Below are positions 10,499 through 19,919 of a stretch of 64,000 bases of DNA, piece after piece. Below the pieces are notes generated by a model. That model had not been told where the DNA came from, ran no database searches, and worked only from the letters and a program-made list of their open reading frames with translations. Numbering within the stretch: position 1 is the stretch's first letter; each line of letters begins with the position of its first letter. This DNA comes from Acidimicrobiia bacterium. GTDB lineage: Bacteria > Actinomycetota > Acidimicrobiia > IMCC26256 > JAENVU01. The translations under genes were made by a program, and so were the position numbers. The stretch lies in the NCBI GenBank assembly GCA_031362155.1, contig JANLRZ010000056.1:39735-103734 (forward strand), in the 5' to 3' direction.

Positions 10499-11557
10499 TC
10501 AGCGGGGGAGCACGGCGAGGGCGTCGACGCCTTCGATGGCGGCGATGCAGCGTTCCAGCATGGAGCGGGTGAGTTCCCTGCCGCGCTCGTCGGCGGAGTC
10601 GAGGGTGGAGGTCGCGATCACGGGATAGACGAACGCCCACGCCACGCTGAGCCGGTAGTCCTCCCAGGCCTGGTCGAACTCGTAGCCGCCCACTCCGTTG
10701 GCGTGGAGTTCGTCGAGCCAGATCCGCAGCAGGCCCTCCTCGTGGGCGGCGCGGTCGTCGGGCCGCAGGCTCTGGGTGACGAAGTAGGTGAAGTCCTTGA
10801 TGCCCTTCGCGACCGAGATCAGTTGCCAGTCGACCGCGATGAGGGGTCGGATGGGGTCGCCGGTGAAGAAGAGGTTGTCGCCCCGCCAGTCGCCGTGGGT
10901 GAGGGTGACGGGCGCTTCGCACAGTCGGTCGCAGAACCACTGGAACAGACTCGAGTACCGGGAACCGAACTCGCGGATCTCGGCCGACATCATCGAGCCG
11001 TAGGCCTCGAGCGCGATCGGCCACGCGGCGTCGTAGCTCATCGACACCGCTTCCGGGAACGGCGACTCGTTGAGCGGACGGAGGAATGGGCCGGCGAGGA
11101 GATCGGGGTGCTCCCACCACGTCGCGTTGAGCCGGGCAAGGGCGCGGACCGCGATCTCGGCGTCGGCGAGAGTGATGCCTTCGATCTGGTCGGCTTGGCG
11201 GTGGTGGCCGAGGTCGTCGAGGAAGATGACGAAGTCGTGGCTCTCGGAGTCGAACGCGACGTGGTGCGACGCGGGCGACAACACGCCGCTCGCGGTCGCG
11301 AGCTCGCGGTAGAAGCCGCATTCCTTCTGGTACATGTTCAGCACCATGGCCACGAAGCGCGACTCCTCGGTGGCGCCCGGCACCTTGGCGACGACAGTGG
11401 CGGGGCCCGAACCGCCGGTCGCGTACGTCGGGGTGAGCCGGTACAGCTGGCCGATGAGACCGACACCCAACCCGACCGGCTCGGAGACGACGGCGGTGAC
11501 GGTGTGTCCGAGTGCCTCAGTCAGGTACCCCGGGGTGATGTCTTCGATGCCAACCAT
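10499..11557 (-). CDS. APH/choline-kinase-like phosphotransferase (EcKinase/DUF1679-like)
   Basis: GVGLIG, VVAK, KECGFY, HGDWRGDN, VDWQ. Confidence 0.85.
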   Translation of the reverse strand: MVGIEDITPGYLTEALGHTVTAVVSEPVGLGVGLIGQLYRLTPTYATGGSGPATVVAKVPGATEESRFVAMVLNMYQKECGFYRELATASGVLSPASHHVAFDSESHDFVIFLDDLGHHRQADQIEGITLADAEIAVRALARLNATWWEHPDLLAGPFLRPLNESPFPEAVSMSYDAAWPIALEAYGSMMSAEIREFGSRYSSLFQWFCDRLCEAPVTLTHGDWRGDNLFFTGDPIRPLIAVDWQLISVAKGIKDFTYFVTQSLRPDDRAAHEEGLLRIWLDELHANGVGGYEFDQAWEDYRLSVAWAFVYPVIATSTLDSADERGRELTRSMLERCIAAIEGVDALAVLPR

Positions 11558-11616
11558 CTGATGTCCTCACGTTGCTGTGACCCGCTCAGGGTGTTCGCCG
11601 CCCGATCAGGATGCGA

Positions 11617-12492
11617 TCACGCAATCCTCGCACTTGTCGCCGCGTCGAAGGCGAGCATCGACGCAACGGCGCGGTCGGGGTCGTCGATCGGGCCGAAGTG
11701 GCCGTGGCCGTCCCAGACTTCCAATGATGCGTTCGGCAGGCGTTCGACCAGGCGACGGGCGAAGGCCGGAGTGATGGAACGCGAGTCGCCGCCGCACGCG
11801 ACCAGGGTGGGAGGGGCGACGTGACCGAGCCGGGTGAACAGACCGTTCGCCGCGCCCATCATGTAGATGTTCGCTTCGTCCTCCGGTCGGCACTTGAGCT
11901 CGACCTGCCCGTCGGCCCGGTCGCGAAATCCGTAGTCGACGTACGCACGGAGCGAGTCGGGGTGGAGCGAGTTCATCGGCGGTCGTGATCCGTAGGACGC
12001 GATGACCTCGTCGCGCGAGTCCCAAACGTCTCGCCGCTTGCGGGCCGCGACCGACATCGGGTTGTCGGGGTCGGCCGGGACTGCCTCCTCGGTGGGGAAC
12101 ACGATCGGTTCGAAGGTCCAGATGCGCGCCAGTGCGGCGGGGTCGCGCATGGCCACCATGAACAGCGCGGCGCCGCCCTTCGAGTGCCCGGCGGCCAGCA
12201 GTCCAGGATCGCCCCGCAGGCTCAGATGATCGAGGACGGCGTCGGCGTCGTCGGCGAACTCGGCCCAGGAGTAGGTGGCATCGGGCGATGGGTCGGAGTC
12301 ACCCTGCCCGCGGAAGTCGAACGACCACACCCGCCGACCGGCCGCGACGAGGCGCTCGGCGACGGGTTGCCACACGACCCCGTGGAATCCAGTCGGATGG
12401 GCGAGCAGCACCGGCGCGCCGGCGCCGCCCCAATCGTGGACGGCCAGGCGCAACCCGGAGGGCGCGACGAAGGAACGCTGAGTTCGGGTCAT
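11617..12492 (-). CDS. Alpha/beta-hydrolase
   Basis: HPTGF, DFRGQGDS, GHSKGG nucleophile elbow, GHGHFGP. Confidence 0.88.
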   Translation of the reverse strand: MTRTQRSFVAPSGLRLAVHDWGGAGAPVLLAHPTGFHGVVWQPVAERLVAAGRRVWSFDFRGQGDSDPSPDATYSWAEFADDADAVLDHLSLRGDPGLLAAGHSKGGAALFMVAMRDPAALARIWTFEPIVFPTEEAVPADPDNPMSVAARKRRDVWDSRDEVIASYGSRPPMNSLHPDSLRAYVDYGFRDRADGQVELKCRPEDEANIYMMGAANGLFTRLGHVAPPTLVACGGDSRSITPAFARRLVERLPNASLEVWDGHGHFGPIDDPDRAVASMLAFDAATSARIA

Positions 12493-12499
12493 CAGCCGA

Positions 12500-13648
12500 T
12501 CAGTGGCCGGCCCGCTCGGTGGCGTGATCCTCGATCGCCTTCGCGATCGCAGTGGCCGCACGGTCCACGAAGACCCCACCGCTTCCGGTGACCCAATCGT
12601 GCGACGCCTGCACCGGCGCCAACTGACCGGTGAAGTGGGGAATGACGTACTGCGCGAACAGCTCGTAGGAACGGCGCTTGGCATCGGGCCGCACCCAGTT
12701 GTGGTCGAACAACAGGAACGCTCCGAACCCGCCGTTGCTCGAATCGACGAGTTCCTGGATCTTGTCGATCGCGTCGTTGGGGGAACCGATCACCGCGAAG
12801 CCACTCGCCCGGTTGTTCTCGATGATCTCGGCCGGCGTGTCGCCGGTGACCGGTCCGCCGGGGAGCACGTGGGTGAAGTACTTCGAGAACGGCGCGATTG
12901 CGTATTCGACGTCGCGTTCGGCCTGCTCCCGGGTCTCGGCCAGGTGCATCGGCCCGACGAGGCGCCACTTCGAGCGATCGGCTTCGTGGCCGCTCTCGCG
13001 TCCGAGTTCCTCCCACATGTCCCAGTGATGGGCGAGCAGGTCCATGCCCTGCTTGGCCGTGGCGGCGACCGAGAGCATGCCGATGCCGTGCTTGCCGGCG
13101 GCGCGGGCACCCGTCGGGGAGAACGATGCCGCGACCGCGATGTCGAAGCACGGGTCGCTATAGGGCCGCATCTGCAGCCGCGCCTCGTTGACCGTGAACC
13201 ACTCGCATTCATAGGTGACGGTCTCGCCGCGGAACAGGCGCATCATCACGTCGAGCGCTTCCTCCATGCGGGGGCGCTGTTGGTCCGACGGGATGCCCAT
13301 CATGCCGGCGTCGGATGTGAGCTGGCCCGGGCCGACTCCGAGCATGATGCGGCCGCGCGTGAGGTGGTCGAGCAGCACCATCCGGTCGGCGAGCATCAGC
13401 GGGTGGTGGTAGGGCAGTGAGCTGACTCCGGTGCCGAGCTTGATGTGCTTCGTGCGCTCGGCGGCGACGGCGAGGAACACCTCGGGCGACGCGATGATCT
13501 CGAACCCCGCCGAGTGATGCTCACCGACCCACGCCTCATCGAACCCCAGTTGATCGAGGTGCACGATCGTGTCGAGGTCTCGCTCGATCGCGAGCGTCGG
13601 GTTTTGCCCGACCGGGTGGAAGGGGGCCATGAAGGTTCCGAAGCGCAT
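12500..13648 (-). CDS. LLM-class flavin-dependent monooxygenase (limonene monooxygenase-like)
   Basis: MRFGTFMAPFH, WVGEHHS, LPYHHP, GVGPG. Confidence 0.9.
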   Translation of the reverse strand: MRFGTFMAPFHPVGQNPTLAIERDLDTIVHLDQLGFDEAWVGEHHSAGFEIIASPEVFLAVAAERTKHIKLGTGVSSLPYHHPLMLADRMVLLDHLTRGRIMLGVGPGQLTSDAGMMGIPSDQQRPRMEEALDVMMRLFRGETVTYECEWFTVNEARLQMRPYSDPCFDIAVAASFSPTGARAAGKHGIGMLSVAATAKQGMDLLAHHWDMWEELGRESGHEADRSKWRLVGPMHLAETREQAERDVEYAIAPFSKYFTHVLPGGPVTGDTPAEIIENNRASGFAVIGSPNDAIDKIQELVDSSNGGFGAFLLFDHNWVRPDAKRRSYELFAQYVIPHFTGQLAPVQASHDWVTGSGGVFVDRAATAIAKAIEDHATERAGH

Positions 13649-13718
13649 GGTCCGCATTCGACTCGGCTCCGGCTGCTCCGGTCAAAGCCGGTGGGTTATT
13701 CCTGGCCAAGAGCGGACA

Positions 13719-15029
13719 TCAGGCGCACGCGACCGGTGCCGGCGCGGTGAAGGCGGGCAACTTCACCGGTGCGCGGCGCAGGGAGAAGTCGAGGACCTCG
13801 GCGAGGTTCTTGGCCTGCTGGTCTCGAAGCGTGAGGGGTTCGAGACCCCACCGCCACTCGATCATCCGCAGGATCGAACAGTGCTCGTACGGGCCGGCGG
13901 ACACGACCCGCTTGGGTGACCACGGCGAGATCACGATGCACGGGACTCGGAAGCCGAGCTGCTTGTAGTCGGGGTTCGGGCCGGGCGGGTTGCCGACCGT
14001 GTCGTCCTCGACCTGAGGTGGGATGACGTGGTCGTAGAAGCCGCCCCATTCGTCGAAGTTGACGACGAGCACGGTCGTGTCCCACTGCGGGCTCGCCGCG
14101 ATCGCGTCGTAGACCCGTTTGATGTAGCCCTCACCGACCTGGATCGAACCGTACGGGTGGTCGTCGTTGGAGGTTCCCGCCTCTTCGGACGCGGAGGTGT
14201 AATCGGGTTCCACGAGGGTGAGGTTGGGAAGCGTGCCCTGCTTCGCGGCATCGAAGAACGCGTCGATTCCGTAGGAGATGTCGTCGTACTTGCCCGACGC
14301 GAAGACCTTGGTCATCGGTTCGCCGTAGGAGTAGTACCCGCCGGTCAGGCCGGCGTCCTTGATGCGGTCCCAGATCGTGGTCTGGATCTGCGACTGCGGC
14401 GCCGCGGTGCCGTCGGGCAGGAACGTGCCGGTGAAGTTGATGTCGGTCGTACCCGCGACTTGGTAGATGCGATTCGGCCAAGTTCCGGCGTTGAGCGCGG
14501 CGAAATAGTGGTCGAGCGCGGTGTACTGCTGGGCGAGGCCGCCGAGCACGGGGACGGCGGCCTTCCCGAAGTAGCTGATGGGCCAGAGGTCGACGGGCGT
14601 CTGTTCACCGTCGTCCACCTGGGTGAAGAGGAATCCGCCGCCTTGGCCGTTGTTGTATTGGATCTGCCCGGCCGGCCATTGGTGCTGGGGGTCCATGTAC
14701 TCACAACCCTGGTAATCGTCACCGAGATCCCAGGTGGCGTGCTTCTTGCCGGTGAGGTCCGCGAACTCGAGCCCGGCCTGCTTGCCGTTGGCGCCGGGGA
14801 GCCAGCCCAGCATGTGATCGAAGGAGCGGTTCTCCATCATGAGCACGACCACATGATCGAAGGGCGCATCTTTCGGATCACCCAGCGTCGTGGTGCCACC
14901 CGACCGCTCGGTCGTGGAGGAGGTTCCGCTGCCACCCGGTTTCGAATCGCTCGAACAGGCGGCAAGTGCGGCGACGACTGCGGCACTCGCGCCGACGGTC
15001 AGGAACTGGCGGCGATCGATGGGCGACAT
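13719..15029 (-). CDS. Tat-exported lipoprotein, phosphoesterase/phospholipase C family
   Basis: RRQFL twin-arginine, LAAC lipobox, ENRSFDHMLG, GTWPNR, FDEWGGFYDHV, GFRVP. Confidence 0.9.
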   Translation of the reverse strand: MSPIDRRQFLTVGASAAVVAALAACSSDSKPGGSGTSSTTERSGGTTTLGDPKDAPFDHVVVLMMENRSFDHMLGWLPGANGKQAGLEFADLTGKKHATWDLGDDYQGCEYMDPQHQWPAGQIQYNNGQGGGFLFTQVDDGEQTPVDLWPISYFGKAAVPVLGGLAQQYTALDHYFAALNAGTWPNRIYQVAGTTDINFTGTFLPDGTAAPQSQIQTTIWDRIKDAGLTGGYYSYGEPMTKVFASGKYDDISYGIDAFFDAAKQGTLPNLTLVEPDYTSASEEAGTSNDDHPYGSIQVGEGYIKRVYDAIAASPQWDTTVLVVNFDEWGGFYDHVIPPQVEDDTVGNPPGPNPDYKQLGFRVPCIVISPWSPKRVVSAGPYEHCSILRMIEWRWGLEPLTLRDQQAKNLAEVLDFSLRRAPVKLPAFTAPAPVACA

Positions 15030-15100
15030 GCCGGTGAGGCTACCGATCGTTCACCGGAATGTCATCGACCGTTCAGGCCGGCCGCGACGCGCGCGAGGCG

Positions 15101-15838
15101 TCAGGGGGTTTGCGAGTCAATCCACCGGTCGAGGATCGGGCCGCTCTCGAAGCTGGTGATGAGCGCGTACCGCGGCTCGGTGCCGTTGTGCACGACCACG
15201 TGCCAGAGGCGTTGGGTGTCGACGACGAACCGCGCGCCGCGGTGGAGTGGTACCCGGATCTCGGTGGTCGGGTCGGGGAGGCCGTCGTCGCCGCTCTCCA
15301 TGAGCAGCATGTACGAGTCGGGGTTGTCGGTCAGTTCCAACCAGGAGCGCACGACCCAGCCGTCGGTCGGGGGGTTGAACCGGTTGTTGTCGTCACGGTG
15401 GAACGAACGGATGGCGGTGTCGTACCCCTGCGGTTCGAGTTTGATCGTCCGGACCCGGCCGAAGTTGGCCCCCACGCTCTCGACGTAGGTGGCGATGGTC
15501 GGGCACCGCAGCGCATTGCTGGTGAAGATCGCGTTCTTGTCGGCCCGCTCGTCGCCGTCGTTCCAGAACCCGCGGCAGTCGAGCTTGCCGTCGGCGGTGG
15601 CGATGGGGGCGAAGTTGGTGTCGCCGCCGCTCTTCCAATCCATGTACTCGAGGTCGACGAACTCGGCGTCGGGCACGGTGAAGGGCGCGTCGGTGAGCGC
15701 CACGAAGCCGCGTTCGGCCATCGCCGCCGGACGCGGGTGCGGCGTCTCGCTCGGGATGGCGACCGACCAGTGCTCCTGATTCGGCCACCATCCGTCGGCC
15801 GGACGGGCGTTCGCGGCGGTGTCGAGAGAAGAGGTCAC
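15101..15838 (-). CDS. Putative Fe(II)/2-oxoglutarate oxygenase (aspartyl/asparaginyl beta-hydroxylase-like fold)
   Basis: CPTIA..V, GRVRTIKLEP, HRD, distal LWHVVVHNGTEPRYALI. Confidence 0.6.
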   Translation of the reverse strand: MTSSLDTAANARPADGWWPNQEHWSVAIPSETPHPRPAAMAERGFVALTDAPFTVPDAEFVDLEYMDWKSGGDTNFAPIATADGKLDCRGFWNDGDERADKNAIFTSNALRCPTIATYVESVGANFGRVRTIKLEPQGYDTAIRSFHRDDNNRFNPPTDGWVVRSWLELTDNPDSYMLLMESGDDGLPDPTTEIRVPLHRGARFVVDTQRLWHVVVHNGTEPRYALITSFESGPILDRWIDSQTP

Positions 15839-15913
15839 GGGCGAAAGTCTACGGACGGGTTCGCGAATTGCCAGGTTTCTGGGGTTGTTCGACCCAACTT
15901 GTGACCCAGGTCC

Positions 15914-16453
15914 CTAATCGGACAATGCGGATATCAGCGGCAGATACCGGTCGACGGGTACGGGTCGTCCGGTGACCTTGGCCGCGAGATAGTCGGTGAC
16001 CAGCCGGAATCAGAGAGCACGCGCGTGCTGCGGGCGCATGACCTCGCGAGTGTCGACGACATCGATGAGACCCAGCTGGGCGCCGGACCAGACGATCGCG
16101 TCGGCAATGACCACTGCCGCTGAGTAGGCGTGAGTGCGAAACCCCGGCGTCAGCACCACGGGTTCCTCATCGAAGGCGTGGCGTTCTCCCCGGGCCCATC
16201 GATGCTGACGTGCGTGGAGCATGCCGATGGGCGGTTCGATATCCGCGGTGAGGTGGTGGAGTCGAGCGCCGGCATCGATCACCATTGCCCAATCCGGAGC
16301 GAGAGGCGTCAGGTCAGGAACGAACTCAGCCGCGATGGCGGCGTGACCGAAGCGGATGACCCCGGTGCTCCCACCCGCAATACCAACCCCCGCGCCCTCG
16401 AGTTCGAAGGCCTCGACGACCGACGGTGGCGGGTGGGCCGGAGATGCGGACAC
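15914..16453 (-). pseudogene. Degenerate APH-like (TIGR02569-like) phosphotransferase gene
   Basis: PPPSVVEAF, GARLHH, HRWARGERHAF, AVVIADAIVW; in-frame TGA at 16010-16012 followed by FRLVTDYL up to TAG 15914-15916; no HGD catalytic loop. Confidence 0.6.
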
Positions 16454-17131
16454 TTATGCCCCGGCTCCGTCGCCGAGGAACGTGAAGAGTCGGGTGCCGG
16501 CGACGAGCGGCTGCGGTGCGGTCGTCATTCGGTGGGCGCCGACGGTTGAGACGCCACCAGGTTCGGGGAGGCCGAACCAGAGCTCGTCGAAGCCGGCCTG
16601 GGCGAACCAGTCTCGAATCGTCGGGGTCAGGTCGGGTGGGCGGCGGTGGCGCGTCCACACGACGACGGCCTCGGCTGCGCAGACAGTCGGGAGCTGCGCG
16701 ATGCAGGCGCGTACATCGGCGTTGGAGACATTCCCGAAGATCCCACAGAGCAGAAGCAGATCGACCGGAGCGATTCCGGCGAGAGCATCGGTGGTCGATG
16801 CATCGCCGGTCACGATCTCTACCCCGTCGAGCCCGGCGGTGAGGGCGGCCTGACGGGCGTGCTCGGTGAGAGTTGGTTCGAACTCGACCAACCGCCCCCG
16901 GACGTCGGTCCGCCGTGGATGGGCGGCGACCACGTCGACCACGTCGTGACCGCGACCTGCGCACAAGCTCGCGACGGAGATGGGGCCGGGTGGGGCGTGA
17001 TCGAGTGCGGCGCGGACCTGATCCTGCACCATGGCCAAGCGTCGGCCCAGTGAGGAGTCGGGTCGGTCGTAGCGACGGTGCCAACGCACCCAGTGAGGTT
17101 CGGTGGGCTCGTCGGCATCGCGAGGATTCAC
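16454..17131 (-). CDS. Class I SAM-dependent methyltransferase
   Basis: SLCAGRGHD, LVEFEP, GDA, LLCGIFGN, WTRHR. Confidence 0.8.
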   Translation of the reverse strand: MNPRDADEPTEPHWVRWHRRYDRPDSSLGRRLAMVQDQVRAALDHAPPGPISVASLCAGRGHDVVDVVAAHPRRTDVRGRLVEFEPTLTEHARQAALTAGLDGVEIVTGDASTTDALAGIAPVDLLLLCGIFGNVSNADVRACIAQLPTVCAAEAVVVWTRHRRPPDLTPTIRDWFAQAGFDELWFGLPEPGGVSTVGAHRMTTAPQPLVAGTRLFTFLGDGAGA

Positions 17132-17138
17132 TGACGGG

Positions 17139-18716
17139 TCACGGTCGAGGCGGATGGATCGGACCGGTGCGGGCCCGGCGGGGTGCGGCGAGGTTGGCGA
17201 ACTCGCTCAGGCGGGATCGGGTCTCGCGGGGGTCGACGATGTCGTCGACGAGGAACACCTCGGCCGTCTTGAACGGATCGCGAGATTTCGCGAGGCGGGT
17301 TTCGATCTCGGCGCGCAGGGCGTCGGGGTCGTCGGCCGCCTCGAGTTGGGCCTTGTACGCCGCCTCGATGCCACCTTCGAGGGGAAGCGAACCCCACTCG
17401 CCGGACGGCCACGCGAATCGGTACGACAACCGTGATGCGTTCTGGTGGGCCGCACCGGCCACGCCGTAGACCTTGCGGATGATCACCGAACACCACGGCA
17501 CGGTCGCTTGGTAGATCGCGGCAAGCGCGCGTGCGCCGTGACGGATCGTGGCCTGCTCCTCGGATTGGGTGCCGATGACGAAACCGGGGTTGTCGACGAG
17601 ATGGACCACGGGGAGGCGGAACGTCTCGGCGAGGTCGACGAACCGCTCGACCTTGCGACTCGCGTCGGCGGTCCAGCCACCGCCGTAGTGGTACGGGTCG
17701 TTGGCCAGCACCGCGACCGGCCAGCCGTCGATTCGCGCCAGACCCGTGACCGCGGACCGGCCCCAGCGCCGACCGATTTCGAAGAACGTCGATGCGCCGT
17801 TCCCATCTCGGTCGACGACCGCGTCGACGACGGCGCGCACCTGGTACACCCGACGCCGCTCGCGGGGGATCGCGTTGGCGAGAGACGGATCGGCGCGATT
17901 GGGATCGTCGGTGGGCTCGGTGCGCGCCGGGAGTTCGTCGACGCTCGCCGGAAGGTACGACAGGAACGCGCGCGTCCGTGCGAATGCCTCGGCTTCGCTG
18001 GACACCTCGTCGTCGACCGTGCCGTTCCGGGTGTGGATGCTGCTGCCACCGAGGGTTTCTTTGTCGACCTCCTCGATGCCGAGCCGGTTGACGACGGGCG
18101 GGCCGGCGACGAAGAGCTGGCTCGTGCCCTTGACCATGAGCGAGTAGTGGCTGGTGACGACCCGCGCCGCGCCGAGGCCCGCGACACTGCCGAGGCACAG
18201 GCTCACGACCGGCACCCGGCCGAGATTGGCGACCACCCACTCCCACCCGGGGTTGAAGGGGACGAAGCTGCGCCGCTCGGTTTCCAGAGTTTTGACGCTG
18301 CCCCCGCCGCCGGAACCATCGACGAGGCGAACGAGTGGCAACCCGAAGTCGTGGGCCATGCGCTCGGCCATCACCTGCTTCTGGAAGATCGAGGCATCGG
18401 CCGCGCCGCCGCGCACGGTGAAATCGTCGCCGCCGACCACGACGGGACGGTCGTCGATTCGGCCGCGACCCATGACGAAGTTGGCGGGCATGACGTCAGT
18501 GACGGTCCCGTCCTCGGCGCGGATCGCGCGGCCGGTCAGTTCGCCGACCTCGCGGAAGGACCCCGGATCCAGCAGCGCGTCGATTCGCTCGCGCACGGTC
18601 AGCTTCCCGTTGGCATGGTGGCGTTCCACTTTGTCGGCGCCACCCATCTGACGGGCGAAGCCGCGTCGGCGCTCCAACTCGTCGAGTTCGGGTTGCCAGA
18701 TCGATTCGTCGGTCAC
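17139..18716 (-). CDS. Acyl-CoA carboxylase carboxyltransferase subunit
   Basis: GKLTVRERI..LLDPGSF, DDFTVRGG, AGPPVV, VDNPGF. Confidence 0.93.
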   Translation of the reverse strand: MTDESIWQPELDELERRRGFARQMGGADKVERHHANGKLTVRERIDALLDPGSFREVGELTGRAIRAEDGTVTDVMPANFVMGRGRIDDRPVVVGGDDFTVRGGAADASIFQKQVMAERMAHDFGLPLVRLVDGSGGGGSVKTLETERRSFVPFNPGWEWVVANLGRVPVVSLCLGSVAGLGAARVVTSHYSLMVKGTSQLFVAGPPVVNRLGIEEVDKETLGGSSIHTRNGTVDDEVSSEAEAFARTRAFLSYLPASVDELPARTEPTDDPNRADPSLANAIPRERRRVYQVRAVVDAVVDRDGNGASTFFEIGRRWGRSAVTGLARIDGWPVAVLANDPYHYGGGWTADASRKVERFVDLAETFRLPVVHLVDNPGFVIGTQSEEQATIRHGARALAAIYQATVPWCSVIIRKVYGVAGAAHQNASRLSYRFAWPSGEWGSLPLEGGIEAAYKAQLEAADDPDALRAEIETRLAKSRDPFKTAEVFLVDDIVDPRETRSRLSEFANLAAPRRARTGPIHPPRP

Positions 18717-18797
18717 GTCGCGAACCTACGCGCGAATGCGGCTCCCAGGAGGTGGTGGGTTCGGCGAGCCTGACGGTGGCGCCCTACCGTCGGGCTC

Positions 18798-19919
18798 ATG
18801 TTCCTGGCGCTGCGGGAGATCAGTCGATCCAAGGCGCGGTTCGCGTTGCTCGCCGGCGCGATCGGGCTGTTGGTCTTTCTGATCCTGTTCGTGCAAGCGC
18901 TGACCGGTGCCTTGATCCGCCAGTTCATCGGTGCCATCGATCACCAGTCCGGCCAGGTTCTGGTCTACGGCGCCGACGCCCGGAAGAACCTCGAGGGCTC
19001 CCGAGTTCCCACTGCGACGGTCGACGCGGTTGCGGCCATTGACGGCGTCGCCGCGGCCGGGCCGCTCGGCCAAGGCACCTTCTCGGTACGCGCCGACGGC
19101 GCGCTGAGCGACACGACCCTGTTCGGCTACGAACTCGGCCAACCAGGTGAACCGACCACGCTGATCGACGGCCGTCTCCCCACGCGCGACTTCGAAGGCG
19201 TCGCCAGCGACGGCAGCCGCGACAAGGGCTTCACCCTCGGGGCCACGGTGCGCCTGGAGAAGGGCGACCGGACCATCCGGATCGTCGGGATCGCCCGCGA
19301 CATCAACTACTCGGTGAACCCGACCATCTTCACCACCTACGCCACCTACGAGGCAGCCCGTCGCGATTCGAGCCCTGGCGTGCTGGACGTGATCCCCTCT
19401 GCGGTCGCGGCCACGGTCGATGTCGGGACGACGCCGAGCACCGTCGTCGCCCGGATCAACGCCGAGATCGAAGGCGTCGAGGCCTTGACCCGAGCCGATG
19501 CGGTGGCGCAGGCGCCCGGCGTCGCGAACGTGAGTGAGTCGATCGGGCTGGTCGTCCTGCTCTGCTTCTTCGTCGTCATCATGGTGGCGGGACTCTTCTT
19601 CCTGATCCTCACGGTGCAAAAGGCGCCGGCCCTGACCTTGTTGCGGGCGATCGGGGCTCGGGCCGGCGCGCTCGTGCGGTCGTTGCTGGTTCAGGTGGTG
19701 ATCGTCGTGCTCGCGGGTTTGGTGATCGGCGCACTGCTGGCCTGGTTGGCGCTCAACGGCGCGGGGAACGGTCTCGGCGCCCGCGTGGAGGTCGGCTCGG
19801 TACTGACCACCGGTGCGTTGGTGCTCGGGCTCTCGTTGCTCGCCGCGCTCGCTGCCGCGCGCCGGGTGCTGAGCATCGATCCCGTGCGGGCCACGGTTCC
19901 TGGGGGTATCGAGGTATGA
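18798..19919 (+). CDS. ABC transporter permease (FtsX/HrtB-like)
   Basis: MFLALREI, one TM, extracellular domain, three C-terminal TMs, LLRAIG, IDPV. Confidence 0.88.
   Translation: MFLALREISRSKARFALLAGAIGLLVFLILFVQALTGALIRQFIGAIDHQSGQVLVYGADARKNLEGSRVPTATVDAVAAIDGVAAAGPLGQGTFSVRADGALSDTTLFGYELGQPGEPTTLIDGRLPTRDFEGVASDGSRDKGFTLGATVRLEKGDRTIRIVGIARDINYSVNPTIFTTYATYEAARRDSSPGVLDVIPSAVAATVDVGTTPSTVVARINAEIEGVEALTRADAVAQAPGVANVSESIGLVVLLCFFVVIMVAGLFFLILTVQKAPALTLLRAIGARAGALVRSLLVQVVIVVLAGLVIGALLAWLALNGAGNGLGARVEVGSVLTTGALVLGLSLLAALAAARRVLSIDPVRATVPGGIEV

Noticed and set aside
16010-16012. In-frame TGA as selenocysteine
   Set aside because: The position falls in a hydrophobic helix context (RAL-x-FRL), no SECIS is evident, and the gene shows other signs of decay.
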